A stretch of DNA of 49,596 nt, taken from Trichoplax sp. H2. Its lineage: Eukaryota. The position numbers and the translations under genes are program-made. This document shows positions 13,201-29,777 of this stretch, in pieces. The notes beneath the pieces are model-generated. The model was not told where the DNA came from and ran no database searches. It saw nothing but the letters and a program-made list of their open reading frames with translations. The DNA lies in the NCBI GenBank assembly GCA_003344405.1, contig NOWV01000221.1, positions 62,001 to 111,596 on the forward strand, given 5' to 3'. How positions within the stretch are numbered: position 1 is the stretch's first letter; every line of letters starts with the position of its first letter.

Positions 13201-16200
13201 CAATATTCATGCAATAATCAAGAAAACAGGATCTTATGGTATAACATAAAACTTTCAGCAAGGTAATCAACAAATAAAATAGTCAGTAAATCATCATCGC
13301 TGCATCTATGTATTGTAAAATTTAAATTTAAACTGTTATCCTATTGTCAATATTGATTATATTATTCGTGATATTTCCAGTACCTTAGAAATAGAAATGA
13401 AAAAAGATAGACAATGGGTTTACCTGTCTTCATCAAACTTGCTAAGCTTAAAATCGTATTAAATGAATGACTGAACTTTATGAAAGCGTAGAGTAAACTT
13501 ATGAACGACCCTTTACTACGTCTAAGTATAGAGTATAACTCACTGTTTAATAAGCATACGTCCATCTTGTTAAGGGTATATTAAATTGAAAAGATTTAAT
13601 GAATATTCTCTACTATTTTATGGTAATTTAGCAAATTCATAGGGGTAACATGAAATGCGGTAGCACCATTTGTGGTACGTTAGAGATTCTTCAATTTTAA
13701 TAAGTCTAATTTTGAGTTAAAGATTGCGAATCTAAGGAGTTAGAGATTCTAGTCACTACGCATATTCATCTAATTGATTAATGTTTATCGTCTTATCATG
13801 TTAGAAAAAATTAGTAATCGCTCATAATTTGCAGTCTGAAATCTATACTACATTTATCGCATTGCAGCAGGGATTAACATGTAACTGTAGATGTAGTTAT
13901 GATTACATCAAATCCGACAAAGGCCTCCGTTGTCAATCAGATGTTAATAAATTTTATCAAAACCTATTTAATATATATGAATAGATGTTCCGCCTGTCTT
14001 AACCTACTATGAATGCATATTGATTACAATATCGCAATGGATTATTTTATTTATTATAGGAATACAAATATCAATTCTCTTTTAATTTTTACGCTTGCAT
14101 TAAATGGTTGTGCTATACACCCTTCGCTACGCTGTTTTAATGGTTGGAAGTCTATTACCTTAAGAGATATTGTACTGTATTTAGAATATACTGTAACTAT
14201 ACTCTACTCTTAAATATAGACATGATGTATTACTCTTTCATTTAGACATATCTACAATCCGCTTACTTCACATTCATATATAGGTTACTGTATTTAGTTA
14301 TTACAGTATTCGCTATTTTCTACAATCGTCTGCTATTCTATAACCTGTTATGGTATATGTTGTATCTAACCCTACAATCATGTTCTCTGCATGTGTTCTA
14401 ATGCCATAGATATAAATACCGCCGTTTTCTACCTTAAACTTCTTAAGTGGCATTATTAGTCACAGTTAGTATTCACACTTTACTCACGGCAGCTACCACG
14501 CTGATCTATCGTAATTATCACATTGTAGCTAACTACTATCTACAATGAAGTAACCTCTTTTTCTTAAGCTCCTAGTGCAATTTTCTGCATGGCAACTAAA
14601 ACCACATTATCTGACTCTTCGAACCCTCCATCACAGATATTATTAGCCACTATAATATATTTTCAACATGGAATATCTGCATATTTTGTTAATTTTATAT
14701 CTAATTGATACTGGCATCCATTGCAATTATGAATAACTTCATCTTTTGAAGAAAATGAATGACCATTTGTTCTGTATTTCGCCTCGTTACTGTAGTTGGT
14801 CTTATCATTATTTGGATGATAATGAAGCAACAATACTTATGCTACGCACATTAAGCGCTGTTAGGATTTGACTTGACATTTAAATGAACTCACGTCTGCT
14901 TAGTAAGGAATAAAATATTGATATCAAACTGGATAATAAAGATATCGTATTGATAATCTCATACAAGCGAACACTCGTAAATATCTAGATCATATATCGC
15001 ATTTACGAGTAACGTTACTTCACGTAAGGAAATTTATCAAGTAATTGTTTACCAATCCATGAACTAGATCTTCCCTGTCTATGTTAAATTGATATTTAAT
15101 CATGTTCATAATCTCACGGAACCATTTTTGTACTAAACTGTTGGAGAAATTGTAACTACTAAAGCAAAACATCACCTTTACCGGATACAGAAAATAACCA
15201 TCAGTATAGACATTTTCTAAGTCCTCGTGAGACTACAAAATTATTTTGGCACTGTAGAAATTGAGTGATGGATATAGATAATAAGCAATAATAATTAGAA
15301 ATTTATGTAGTTCACATTTCGATGTGCACCCATAAGTTAATTTCTCAGTAACTAAATAAAGCTTTCAAAGAATGATCCAGACTGATATTTTGTCCACTAC
15401 TGGAAATGCGATTGATAGATTTCCATTAATTTGGTAGGCAAAGATTAGAATTCTGATGAATTTATGAATCTCAACATTCAGGCTGTAGTCACAAAGTTGA
15501 CATAGGCGATTAAGTGAATTGTTTGAAAGATATGTAATGTTGTATAATCATCAAATCGTTTTAGAAAATTTTTAATTATCTTAGGCTATCTACAACTAAT
15601 GTAACAGAAGAAAGTGTAAATATAGGCAAAAAAGACTATATTTAGGTAATATCATGTTGTCAATGCAACCATGATCTATCTACTTTTAATTCGATATTAT
15701 TAAATTAAGTATAGAATATAGAATTAACGATGGATTCCAATAAACAAGGCGAGCTTATAGTAATAAATGATCATAGTAATGATTGAATGCGTAGGTAAAA
15801 GTTGAAAGAGAAGGAAGAATAGGTATCATCGACTCCAAGTTGCGAGTAAACTAACATGCAATTCATCTTATAAAACTTCCATATTGATTATAAACAAAGC
15901 TGACCACGCTAATAGCAATTTTCTAAGGTCAGTTAGATTAAACAATTGGAAATAAATATAACGCTACTAATGAAATCGCTATATTTTGCTAACTATATCA
16001 CAACTCTAAAATATCGGATACCCCTCTACAGTCGTTGCATGTCATTGATTTCAGTTTTTTTTTAATTTATACTCTATTTTACCAGTGTTATTTATCTATT
16101 TGTAGGATTGATATATCATCCTTTTCACTTATATACTTAGCAGGCCGCGATCAAATTAATGGCATGATTTATGTTTTCATATTTTAGAAATGTCTGCGAT

Positions 16201-19200
16201 TGATTTGAACGAATAAAAATTATCTAGAAAATTGCAGAAATTCTTTAGCGAGATTATTTAAGCACAATCTGATACACCATGTCAAAGTAACTATAGGACT
16301 AACCGCTCTTTGATAAATAGGCTAATTTCAAAAAACTTCGATCTTTAAAATAGAACATAAGATTATCAAAGGGTAATAAAATCGCTGTGTAACAGAATTT
16401 ACTAAGATAACGATTATATTTTTAGCACTTAAAATAGGTAATGTCCTATCTAACAAATTTGGAATACGACCGGCATGTCATAAAATAGAATCTTATCGAT
16501 ATAAAACATAAACATAGAACAACTAATATGTTTCTTATGTACTTGAGACTATCGGACATTAAAAAATGGAGCAATAAAACAATTGCTAGAAAATGGGAGA
16601 CTAAAATAGACTGTCTTGAAAATGTAGATACTGTAACTGTAAATTGTTTTAATTCTTTAAGGTGATCATATCAAGCGAACTATTGGAGAATCGTTTAGTT
16701 TTTTGCGATGAAACAGAATCTGAATATAGAGTGGATGATAGCGATATCAATCAGTTAATTATTGTTATAAAAGCGACTATTACATATCTACGATAATATT
16801 AATCAAACCACAAAGTCAATAACTACATAGTATATAAATGAAATCAATATCACAAAATTTGGATGAATCTCATCGATCGTGATGTCCAAGAAGGAGGCAG
16901 CATCAAATTTATCGTGCTACTTACAACGATGGCAACGATTGTCTATTCTCTTACCCTCTTTGTTAGTACATGTATGTTGGCGGAATAACTTCGGCTTTCA
17001 ATAGCTGAGGAGTCAATTTCTTTCCTTGGCAAATTTCTTAAATAGGTCTATCTCCAGCCCAGTTTCAGGCCGTAAATATTGTGCACTTATTTAATTTAAA
17101 TAAGAATTTTTAGAAACGTTTCTGCTCTTTCTTATTGATACTGTTAGTGTTTTTCTGTTTAACTGTTGGAAGTTCATATTCTTATAATAATACCAAACTT
17201 ATTATCGATATAGTGAACCTTGAATCCGTATTATTAAAAGCATAATAGAAAAAAATAAAACTAGACTGAATACCCTCATTAAATATGTTATGAGTAATGA
17301 TAATAACATTTTGAAACCATTCTTCCTGTTCCTTAGCACTATTAATATTTTTATAGTATTATTATTACGATTTATCTTATTGTCATATCTGTATGCCTAG
17401 ATGCTTTATTCAATACCCAACGGAATAACTGTCATGGCATTGTTTTAAAGTTATCGAATAAATGGATCTAAGCCGATGATTAGAAGACAAAGACAGGTGA
17501 AAATGGCATGAAAATTTATCAATAGCTATCGATTATAAATTACCCCTGCTGATATTAACAAGAATTCTACTATCCTCAATTTGCTTACCCTGATTACTAA
17601 CAATGATTAATATTCTATTTATAAAATAATTTAGAAATATAATCAATGACAGAAATGAAGCATTGCCGTAATTATAATTCAGTTATATCGTAATGAGATA
17701 AATATTATTATCGCCAAGAAGGATCTAGTAAAATTTCGCGTTACCATATGTACCAAGATTTAAACATCATTTTTAATCCTAGATATGAAAAATAACAACT
17801 CCAAAATATAAATCTAATAGAAATATTATCTATATTACAATGTAGTTGTGGTAGTATACACTCAAAAGTAAAAAGATTTTCTAAATATATGGCTCTATCA
17901 CCCATGACAACAATTTTTGTTGTTTGCTAATATGACCATACGTGTATAATAGACTATCGATGGTGTATGAGATGGCAGCAGTATGTGCATTTTGACCCCC
18001 TTTAAATCATGTTATAGGAATAAGCAAAAGATAGGTTGCGTTAAGATACTAATAAGGTATAGTAGCAATTAAAAGTCCCCAAAATTGTGTATACAGTATG
18101 TTTACCTCCTCCTATCAAAAGATACAATCAAATTGTCTCAATCTTACAGTTTTCTCTACCTAGCCTCGCCTCTTCCTGCTTTTATTTTTATTGTTTTCTT
18201 TTCATGTTCATCTCAAAAATAATATACTCAAATTGAATGCAATAACAATAATACTGTATATTTACCATTTTATTAAGATAAAATTTTATTGGTCTCATTA
18301 TAATTTAATAAGATATATGACGTCAAATAATTTTTTGACTTCAATAACTCAATCACAATTTAGTAGCATACTGTTCAAAAATTCTAAGCCTTTTTACTAG
18401 GTATCGTATGAAATTAAATTTTCATTTCTTATTTTAGTGTTAAAGATGAATGACTGAATAGATAACCCAATTCTGTCAGTTGAATTGTGGTAGATATAAC
18501 TATTTCAACGCTTATAAATTAACTCTTAGCATATTTATGTTAAAACACATAATATTCTCATCCATCGACCATGATTTTATAATTTAATATTAACATAAGC
18601 TAGTTATAAGATGAACTGTTCATGTTAACAATTCGTAGTAACATAATGCTCATAATATCATCTTGTAATTTTTTTAAGGGCAATTAGCCAATGATACAGA
18701 TAAAGGAGCACTTGCTTGAGCATGCTACATACTAAAATCGAAGGAATGAATTCTTTCTATACTTTTCTTTTATCTTATAATGATCATCATTGTAGTTCAT
18801 ATTAATGTATGCCGCAAATGTTTGCTCTTAAAACCAATAACAGAATTTTATAGGTAATTATTGAAAAAATATTCATTAATTTTCCTGAGGATAAGCAGTC
18901 CTGTACAACATATGAAAAAACTTAGTCTTATATCAATCAACAAAGGCACTAGCTATTCTCAATGATATCCCGCTAGTTAAACTTGAGTAAAAATTAGATT
19001 ATCACCAAAGTGATGGAATCTCAGGTATTATTTCTGCGATATTTCAATTGTTAGAAAACAGTAAAAAAGAGAAAAAATAATTTTAGAACCGTAATTATTA
19101 AGCTCTAGGAAAATGGAAAATTATGAATTATAGTAAGTAATTTAAACTGCAATCTCCTATGCCATATTAAAGCACAGGGTTTATAAAGAGCATCTTATGT

Positions 19201-22200
19201 CAGAGTTCAGTGAATAATCTTAATTAATTTAAAAATTATTTTAAACTATTTGATTAGCTGTAACTTAAGAAATTTAAAATAGTATCTTAATTAGCCAAGT
19301 GACAGGAATGTAGAGCTGATACCCATAATAATTTATAATCCAGGCTTTTATCCCATCACTTATACTAACAGTTTCTATAGTGCGGTTATCATAAATCTAA
19401 TATCGGCATGGAATAATTTTCAAATAATGTTGCTTAGTTTATTACTACAAATGAAAAATCATACTAATATTTGCCTCAAAGATTAACAACCGTACTATTA
19501 CATTAGTATTATTAAGGATTACCGTATTTCGTATTGCATCTCTGGTACATATTTGACGAACCATTTTGTCTACACCTTTTAATCAAAAATTGCAATTAAT
19601 ACCTAAAATTTATATTCTGGATAACTATCATTCAGTGAAATGTTTTTAATCTTGTCTCCTTGGTAACGGCAGCCGTTGCTAGCCTACATAGTTTACAATA
19701 TCCAATTGCCTAATCTAGTAGTATCTCATTAACCATATAGTCCATCCTAACATACGTAATATACTGTGCAATGATCTAGTTCTTTACCTCAGCTTCATTA
19801 TCGAAAATCCATTTCTCATTTTCAGCTTAACATTATAAATATAAATCCTTGTAACTTATAAAGTTAACTATATGATTGTTGATTGTAATTATATTTCCTT
19901 ATTTATATCCTATATTTCGAATTTAGATATTTACCACCGGTATATTGTGATAGCATTCATAAATGAACATTTCAAGCCGGCTAAACAAACATTAATATCA
20001 CTTTGTACATTCATCATAGTGATTTTTATTACTAATCCAACGATATTATTGGTGTTTACGAACTATAGATAAATTAGTTCCACATAAAATGGTAGCACCA
20101 GTCTGTAGGAGATTAGTGGTATCATAGGTGTTATATTTAAGTTCTAGAATAGTAGACTGCCATTAATTGGTAATTTAAAGATTTAAATGTAGACTTAAGT
20201 GAGAATGTAAGGCACTTAGGAAGATAGAGAATAGTCTGAATGATATTTAGCTGTGTATGGATTACGTTGTCTAAGTTGCTACTGTGATATTTAACAGTAA
20301 AATTAATAAACTGTTTTTATCTACTAACGTTCGGAAATGAATTAAAGAGTAATCTTTCCATAGTAAGGATAGCAATGGTACATATTATAAACAAGTATTT
20401 TGATATATCCTCTATCATTTTGATACGTTGTATTATTGTTTAGAGTAATCTCGCTTGATTCAAATACTTCTACATTACCGTGCAATCAGTACTAGTGAGC
20501 TAAGGTTTAAACAAGGACATATCTCTTTTGGCTTTGTGAACTCTATCATATCGTAGTTGCCTTCATTATGCCATGTGGTATTTTGAATGATATTCTATTT
20601 TACGCTGAGCATAGTGTCCCATTCTTTAATATTCATTTAGCGTAAGATTTCCACGTATGATGTTCTCACAGCGTAGAATATTTGAACAATAAGGCATTAT
20701 CAGTTTTTGATTATCCATAGAAATTATCAATTATTAGATATGAGATATTTAAATCATGAAAGCATTTCACCTAGGAATTATTTTACTATATTAAGAACTC
20801 TCTATGGCTATTACAGTTTATGGCCATACTAAATAACTCATTAAAGCGCACAGATACAATACTTCAATAATTTTGCGTCCTATAACACTGTTTTAGCGTG
20901 GATTTGTAACTACTTCAATACCAAAATCGGCACGGTAGGATCCCTTTATACTCTCAAATGTCTAATGATACCGGCAACAATTCCATTTAGAATTTGTATG
21001 AATAGTTATTTTGTCTATCGCTATTAAAAAAAGCTCTGATATCCATTGCTGCATTACTTTTATTCAACTTCCTTTACATTCATACATATTTCTATAGACT
21101 TCCGTTTATATTTATGACACATTATTAAGTAACTTAGTAAAATTTTAAAATAGATTTCATCATTTGTTAATCTACTAGGATTAAACCTACTTTACTACAT
21201 ATTATCAGTTCCTATTAGTTACGGTACAAAGACAGACAATTTTTTAAAATAAATTCCTTTGTATTGCGGATATGCTCTTCGTCACTAATATTTCCTTGCG
21301 ATAATTTATTTTCCGCTTTTAGTTTTCCATGCTGAACTATGTTTGTATCAATATGTTACTGTGCTATACTCTGTAATATCGAGATTATAGTAGAAACATC
21401 TATGTTAGGATAATTTTGTTGATTTACCCTTATATGAAGAGTTTCTAATTTAGATATATAATATTTAAATATAGCTCTAGCTTTTATGGTGATATACAGT
21501 CTACTGTAATTAGTAGTTTAATTAGGGAATCGAGAATAATCTTCTTACAATTCAAATCACCGTGATTGTAATTTACTTATGGTAGATTGTAGATTATCGT
21601 AGAAATGTTCCGTGATAGGACATATGCCAATCTGACAATTTTGTACTAGTCATTCGATGTCTATGTTCATAAATACTGTTGTCTTCATTAGGTAGCAGTA
21701 GACAAAATTAGCTTTTGATTGATTATCAAGTTTCAACGTTAACATTACTAACTGGGATGTCTTTGCTATTGTAAAAGAGTATATAAATGCGATAAATCGT
21801 ATAATAAAGTTGGTTATTATGGTTAGTATTTAATGTAAGATACGAGGCGTCTAAATCTTTTTGCAGTCTACTAGTATAGGAAAAGTGTTCCTTAAAGTAA
21901 ATATTGCTCCCTGATGCGTGGTTCTGGGAATCGACAGATCGTGCATTACCTTATCTTGTTGCAAAGCTGTTTCGTAACACACCAATTTTTATTTCATAAG
22001 TTAATTAGAATTATGAAAAGTGAATATGATACGCTTTAACTAATCTAAAGTCACAAAGGATTTTTAAAAACAGTAAAAATATAAAATAAGAAATTATGAT
22101 AGCCGTAAATTAACATGTTATTCATGTCACGCATATAGCTTTGCCTTGGCTCTGGTAATGTAGCGAAAATTATATGAAAATCGTCTTTAGCATAATATTA

Positions 22201-25200
22201 CGAAAAAGAATGACGAATATAGATCATAAAATGACTATTACTTTTAAAGGCTAGTAATAGTTAAATATTTGACGATGACATTAACCTTAGATTCCTATCC
22301 CAGATAATATTACAAAGACTGAACTACGAAACAGTCTTACACACGATAATTTTTTCAATTTAACAGCCCTATTTTGTATCGAAAAACGCTTATTCATTGG
22401 ATTAATAGCTAAAGAATTAAACATTGTTTGAGCTTGGTTTACAAGAAAAAGTAGTAGAATAATGGTTTAGTTAAAAGACTAGGTTCATTAGTAATAGCTT
22501 ACATTAAATTCGATCAATTGATTATAAATCGCTTTTAACTTATAACACTTAGAATATATTCTGGAATGAAATGTTTTATTGCAAGTTGTTAACTAATTTA
22601 AATCATATGATAAAAGCACTAATCCTACATATTTTTGTGTCTTTATTGGATGGCATTAACGTAGGGAAAACATTAAAAAAATTTGAAAGAACCAGCTATA
22701 CCATCTGTTTTAGAAACGTATTATTCATCGCCATAAATTTGTTGTATAGCTAAATCCTTTATTGATCAATACTTAAATTAGTATTATTGCCGGGTCAATT
22801 TATTTGGTAAAGTTGAGTGGCGTAAAACAAGATCATATTGAAGAATTTTAAACTTTTCAAGTAAATACTCGTAGTATGAATTTAGACAATAGAATTAAAT
22901 CCGTTAATGATTAGATTCCCTAAAAATTCTATATAAAGATTGACGTTTTTCTCTCATACTTTGTTGTGCACATTTTCTTTTGTTGATAATGGGCTTAATG
23001 GGGCGTTTAAGTTTATCTATATTTATAGAATTAAAATTTATTCCATGACCTATGCATGGCCAGAACGATGAGAACTATTATCATTTCTTGAATTCGTTCA
23101 AACAAACATGCTATTATTTTGATTCATAAAGCTAATATTGAAATATTATCTAATAAAGGATTAAAGGCCTTCAAAATCATAATAACAGCATCGTTGATGT
23201 TATTCGGTTTATTTTTCAACGTCAGTAGAGCAAGAAAATTTTTTATTCTAGATTGTGCTTTACGGCTTGAAGATAGATGGATATTAATAAAAATTAACTG
23301 CAACGCGAAGCTTATTTAATCTATCAGGCGTTAGACCAATTTTTACTTCTGTAGTTCTTGGTTTTTATTACTGGCCTATTGGTTATAGATCATCAAAATA
23401 AGAACTTGACTTTAGCGCCTTCCAATAATCGCGAATCAGGTTGCTATGGTTAGTAATCGGTAAATAGCACAGCAATTGGCATTTTCAATCCAGGCTTGAA
23501 ACAAAAACTATTGTTTGCTAGTGCAAAATAGAACAAGAAATGTAACTCAGCGCATGCATACCAATTTTAATATCTAAAATTGTAATTTAAGCAATCATTA
23601 AGATAGCGTCATCAATTTAATATAGCAAATTAAAATGTCAACATTTTTAAGCCAATAACATTTAAGTTATTACAGAAGCCGATCAAAATACACCATAATT
23701 TATCGTATCACTCCATCTGCATAAATAAATGTAAAAATTATTTTTCAAAAGAAATCTATTTGTTATGTTAATGGAAAGGAGGCAATGGCGAATGTCCTAG
23801 ATTATTAAACATCAGTTGCTGGTTTCACGCCCACTTGCTATTTACATTAAAGTCGATCATCTGATCTATGCGGCACTAATATTAATAATGGTTATACTAT
23901 TTACCATCACTTAATGCTCTTACTTTAATGTTAACAGAAAAAAGTTTCTATTATCTACTGACATACTGCTACTGATACTTATACTGCAGTAATATACGAG
24001 CTATATAATGTCTACTGGTTTATAGTGATTCACTAAATGAATAATACTTTTATTTCTTTTATTTCATCCATAATTCAAGTCAAGAACTGCTATATCTTCG
24101 TGCTAAGCTGCTCTAATGCTAGTATCATGTTAGATAGCTTATTTTACGACAGTAACCTTTCAAATACCGTAAATATTATTAAATTTAGTATTCTTATTTC
24201 CATTCTATATACGAATAGATTTTGTAAGTACCGTAAAGACCTTTTTAGATTGATTTTACAGAAGAAATCGCTTACGCTATCAACATAATAATAAATCATC
24301 AATATTTCTTTCCATTGCACGTTATGAAATTTAAAGGATTAAAATTTTACTGGTGTAGATCTAGCCAGATAAAGTTTTTGCAATTAATTTGTGTTCGTTG
24401 CAATAAATTTGTATTTGTTTTGAATTAAAATCTTCTCTAAGAATCCTGTACACATTGAAATAATTAAACCATGATGCTTAGATCAAAATAATACTACATA
24501 ATAATAATTACTATCTTGTATCTCAAGTCCAATTCTATTAATCAACTTCGTAATACCACCGTTTAACAATTTAAATGATATTCACTCTTAAAATATGTAC
24601 AATATATCAAGTAATAACTCAGTTTAGCGTTTTTGGATGTAAATTATCCTATATTTCGGATATAAATTATTCTACTGTATATCCGTATTTGCTAGCAAAG
24701 AAATAATACATGTGGCTAGTAATGTTGACAAATAAAATTAGCTAACAGTAAAGTAGAGCATTTTAAGCTGGAGAACCAAGAATTTTGACTTATCCCATTT
24801 GAAACTCGAGTATGTCAGTTCTTGTTATAATAGTTATTATCCTCTTATACAGTAAATATTATGTGTTCTAAATGTATAACTTGGTCTTTTATAACAAAAT
24901 CGAATTTTTTTAATTACATGAACTGTACTAGTAAACTATACTGTGATCATTTAAAGTAGAAACAGTGATTCACAATTTATCGATATGATGGAGTAATAAT
25001 TTCAGTCTGATCAGAAATAGTCAGTGACACTTGAAAAATTATTCGTTTATTTCCAGTAAAATAAGATAATTGTTAGCCGAGTCAATGTTTAGTATCGGTT
25101 ATTCTTTCTTGCATGTTAATGACTGCATGCGTATACGAGCTTGTAAGGTCATTAGCATCATTTATTAGCTATAGCAATTAGTCAACAACAGCACTTTACG

Positions 25201-25313
25201 ACACAGATATATTGAGTGTATTTGTAAATGAGATTATTGGACGGTAACATCAAAGTGATTTTAAGTTTTAGCGTAATTGTTACTTGTTTTGCGATGATGG
25301 ACATATTTTATGA

Positions 25314-25347
25314 GATGATTATTTTTATGGGATGATTATTTTTATGG
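25314..25347. repeat. 17-bp perfect tandem duplication
   Basis: GATGATTATTTTTATGG x2 (25314-25330, 25331-25347). Confidence 0.85.
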
Positions 25348-28300
25348 ATGTATAATAGATTAAGACATCCTTATAGGATATCCATAACCGTCTATTAATT
25401 AAAACTTGCTCTAGTGGAAAATACGCTAATAATATTTACCTTGAATATTTAATAACTGCGAGGCCAATGTATTACACTTTTTACCATGATAGTTCATTTT
25501 AGAGATTCTGTACTCATATAATAAGACAGATTTTTTGGCAATAAATACAGTTATGAAAATAAGAATTAACAAAAGAAATACAACCTCGCTATACTTCAAC
25601 TAAATTTTTTGTTAAAATGTTTTAGAAAATAGTCTTAAATGGACAAGATAGATATCTTGAAGAGGATATTGAAATTATTAAATAGTGTATTCTTTAAATA
25701 GTATCAGGAATCATTGTGTGATCATAAAAGTCACTTATTTGGCAACAACACAACGTGATTTAGACACCCAAAATAACGATAATCATTATAAAAGTAATCC
25801 TTTCACATAATGATTATTATTAATGATTAGTTGATCCCTCGCTCCTTATACTGTACTTTGCATGCTATGCTTTTACCATTTCCTTTACATTAACTGATAT
25901 TAAAGCAGGATACAATTTAAGATATGTAGTCGCACGCTAATAGTTCCGTCAACTATAAATATGTATAGTAGTTTGTAGGGTGAAGACTTACTAATGAAAT
26001 AAAGCTGTATCCACAGCAATACTGTTATAAAGGTTAAAGGTTGTTTAAAGTGCATTGGTATATAGCTCGACATTATTGTCGCAAATACAAGTTTACATTG
26101 ATTTGTTCTTCCTGCAGGTCATCTTGTTAGGCAAAGAAATTGCGTACTTTTAGCAATACTGTAATGTTAGCAGTTTATGTAGTAAAAAGATATAGTATTC
26201 CAGATAGACGTTTGTATTCAATAAAATTTCTAAAATTTGAAAAATATTCTTATTAAGAATATTAGCGGAACTACGCACGTTATACTTCTCGTACTGTAGA
26301 AATGTAAATTCAAAACATGTTTAAAAGTTGCTATGAAGATATATCAGAGTAAACTTGGCTTTTAAATTTTTCTTAACAACTCTACTAACAAAGCTGTTGC
26401 CGTATTTATCCTGTAATCTAGCCGACTACTATCAGAAGTAGTCACCGTTCATGTATTCAAACAGGTTCAAAGTAAGGCAATATTGGTATAAACCAAGCAA
26501 CAAAATTTTTCATCGTCCATGTCAATTTGCAAATTAAATCCGTTAGAGTTGACAAGAAATGAGGGAAATGCCATCCTATTTCACAATTACAGTATCATAT
26601 TAATATAATTTCTATTTTACAATGGAAAATCTCGATTCTTAATATAAAGGGATGATCTAGTCCAAGGTTTTCGATTAGTTCAAGATTCATAATTAGAGTA
26701 TTTAGCAATTTCTTTGCCAACTTTGGTATGAGTAAAGACGGAAACAGTCTATGGTTCAGTATATGTCTAAAATGTAACTACTAAAGCAGTTCTATGAAAT
26801 AAGTGCTTTGTTTGATGATTTATTTGATCAAACTTGTAGATTGGGTTATATTTATTTAATTATCAGATGAAAGAACTGATCTAGATCGCAAGTGAGATTT
26901 GGCAAAATAATAAGGCATCACCGTGTTATTAAGAACACTTTATAAAATACGATTCTGTAAGTAGTATAAATGCGTTGACGAATAATTGACATTCTTGTTA
27001 TCCAGTTTGCTTTATTTACCGGATATATCCATACTTGAATGCAAGGTACCTCCAATTTTTCGCTACGAATAATTTTGCTAATGGTGAATGAAATAAGCTA
27101 CGATGTGATTGCAAAATATGATTGGATTGTGTAAAAAAACCGGCAATATCTATATATTGCCGTAATTTTTATTAGATTGAGATTTTCTACCTACAAAAAA
27201 TTGCCGTTGCTCGATACTTCGCGTATTTCACCAGGGTATGAAATCCTGGGTGCAATCTTTACTACTTCTATCTTACGTAGGAAGAGTGATACTGTGACAG
27301 CTACCTTAGAGATACGTTAGCTTAAGGTAATGGATCGACTTATAGGAAGTTAGATTCACTGAATCCTTCCTGATCGATTTTGGCGTTGTTATTCTAATCA
27401 ACGTTCAATTAGCGTAAGAGTTGAAACAATGAAATTTTAGCCATTTTTATTAAATAGACGGCGATTAGTAAGTCACGTAAGGAATATTTTAATAAGGAAT
27501 TCATTAACTGATGCCGGTATTATTAAATTCCAGACATTCCAAATTGGAACAATCTTTTTATAAATGAAGAACAATACATCTCTACCTAGAATAATATGTA
27601 ATTTTTTTTCTCTATGATTGTGTATAAATGGAGTATTTCTCAATAATCGTATTTCTTAATTTAATATCGAAATAGTGTTATTGACTACATTTTAAAGCGA
27701 TTGAATAGAATTTGATCTATGCTTAAATTCCACTTATCATTTTTCTCTTCCTATTATACTAGTCAATTGACTGTATATTATAAGTACAAGTTCATAAAAC
27801 AGCTGTCTTGGATTATTTCATAAACATAATTTAGGAATATTTGACTGATTCTATTAATTAAATCACTTCAAAAAGTGAAGGCATTACTCTATTTGATCGT
27901 TATACCCAGATTAAGAAATGATTAAATAGAAATTATGCAATAAGGAAACACTAGTAAGGGCGTATTATGTGAAAAGTGGAAGGTATAGCATTATCGAGGC
28001 TTTAAAGATTGTGGTGATAGTCAGGACAAAGATGATTTATTGAAGTAATTTTTTAATAACGTTGTAAATTGTAAATTATAACGATTGTATACTTTTTATC
28101 TTAAGGCTGCATATATCTGCTACGATATTGTAGATTGCATTAATGCTCTGATTTTTAATTGATTAGCCTGGATTTATCCTGATTCTTTTATTAATATCTA
28201 GATATATATGTAATAATGAATGAATCTATGCAAATGACAGTCTATTCACTTGTCCAAAGTAGGGAATTAGGCTAAAAATAGTAATTCTTGTTTTTTTAGG

Positions 28301-28709
28301 ACGATTATTACAATTGTTATATAACAATTTACAATGTCCAAAATTACTCTAAACTATGCGTTAGGTTGCGATTCAGTGGAGGTCCAGTTGGGTTATTCAT
28401 CCAGGTGTATCCTTGGGGATAAGAACACAATTTATCATTTTATAGGTATTAAGCTGCATTAAGAATATGATCCAACAGTCATCGCTGAACTATTTTAATA
28501 TTGTGCCAATGTATACGTATAAAAGGTGTATTGAGAATTTGGAATGCCTTCACACGAGTGACTTTAAAATTCTATCCTATGTCTTGTTCTGTGCGATACA
28601 AATAAAGAATTCATTTCATTATTATTATCAACTTACTGTCGGTTCTAGCTATCGTTGAATATTCAATACTGGTAATTTGCTATACGCTTAACCATGGCAT
28701 AAGGTTTGA

Positions 28710-28732
28710 TTTTTTTGGGGGGGGGGGAAGGC
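28710..28732 (+). repeat. T7-G11-AAGGC motif, copy 1
   Basis: TTTTTTTGGGGGGGGGGGAAGGC; an identical 23-mer occurs at 29778-29800. Confidence 0.85.
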
Positions 28733-29777
28733 GATGAAGAGAATTTCTCGACGATACATGAATGCAATAGTTTGTTTCATTGACTGCTTACTTATAATCC
28801 AGTGATGAATAGGAAAAATATTATAGTCGTGTTTTCTACAGAGTAGATTTTTTTTTCTTGACTTTCATGATAATGTCGTAGCTGATAAGCTAGACGATTG
28901 CAGAATGAGAAGAAGGTCTTCCATTAGTATGTATTTACACTAATTAAATTATTCATCGAATAATATTATTGTTGATCATGATCAGATATCATACATTCCG
29001 TTCATACTGATATTGATTAAGGACATGAATGCAGCATCATCTTGGCTGGTATTGCTTAAAGTTCTATTGACTCTTGTCCTTTGAATAACTGCAGTAGTAC
29101 AATTACTTTTTTCAACAGAACAGCCTATTCTACGCCATATACTGTACTGTACTGTAAATGCTAACTCGATGTTACTGTTGATCACAGATAGATGATAACA
29201 TCGATATGGACTTGACTACATCAGTATTCATGATGAACAACGTGATATTCCTACACCTGCAAGATGTCGTTTACAGAATACTATTTAGGCCTCGCATAAC
29301 GTATGAAAATACTCATTCTACTGTACCATTATATTTGTTGAATAAATTGAGCATTTCGTCAATACCAACTTCTCCAACTGCTGTTCTAGCAATACTAGGC
29401 CAAGTTCAAAACTAGCTACAGATGGGCTTACACACTTAAACCTAGTGGAGCATAAGACGTTAATCATATCAACGCCAAAATTGGGTAGCAAAATGCAAAC
29501 ATGGCTCTTCCTTTGTATGACGAGTACTGTAAACGCAGTGTTGATGCAAATAGGGGAGGGACTAGGAGCTTTTCTTTATTAAATTACTAATGTCAAGTGT
29601 TCACTACCGTCTGTAGGCCAATGTTCATTAATAAGAGGTGGCTAAATTATCCACATCTGTACAGCAGGTGAAAAAAAAATAATAATTCAGGAGTATTTAC
29701 TCGTGCTTTTATTTTTTGGGACATTGCCGAATGGATGCAGTGAAAGCTAATAAACGTCCAGTTTTGTCAAATTTCTT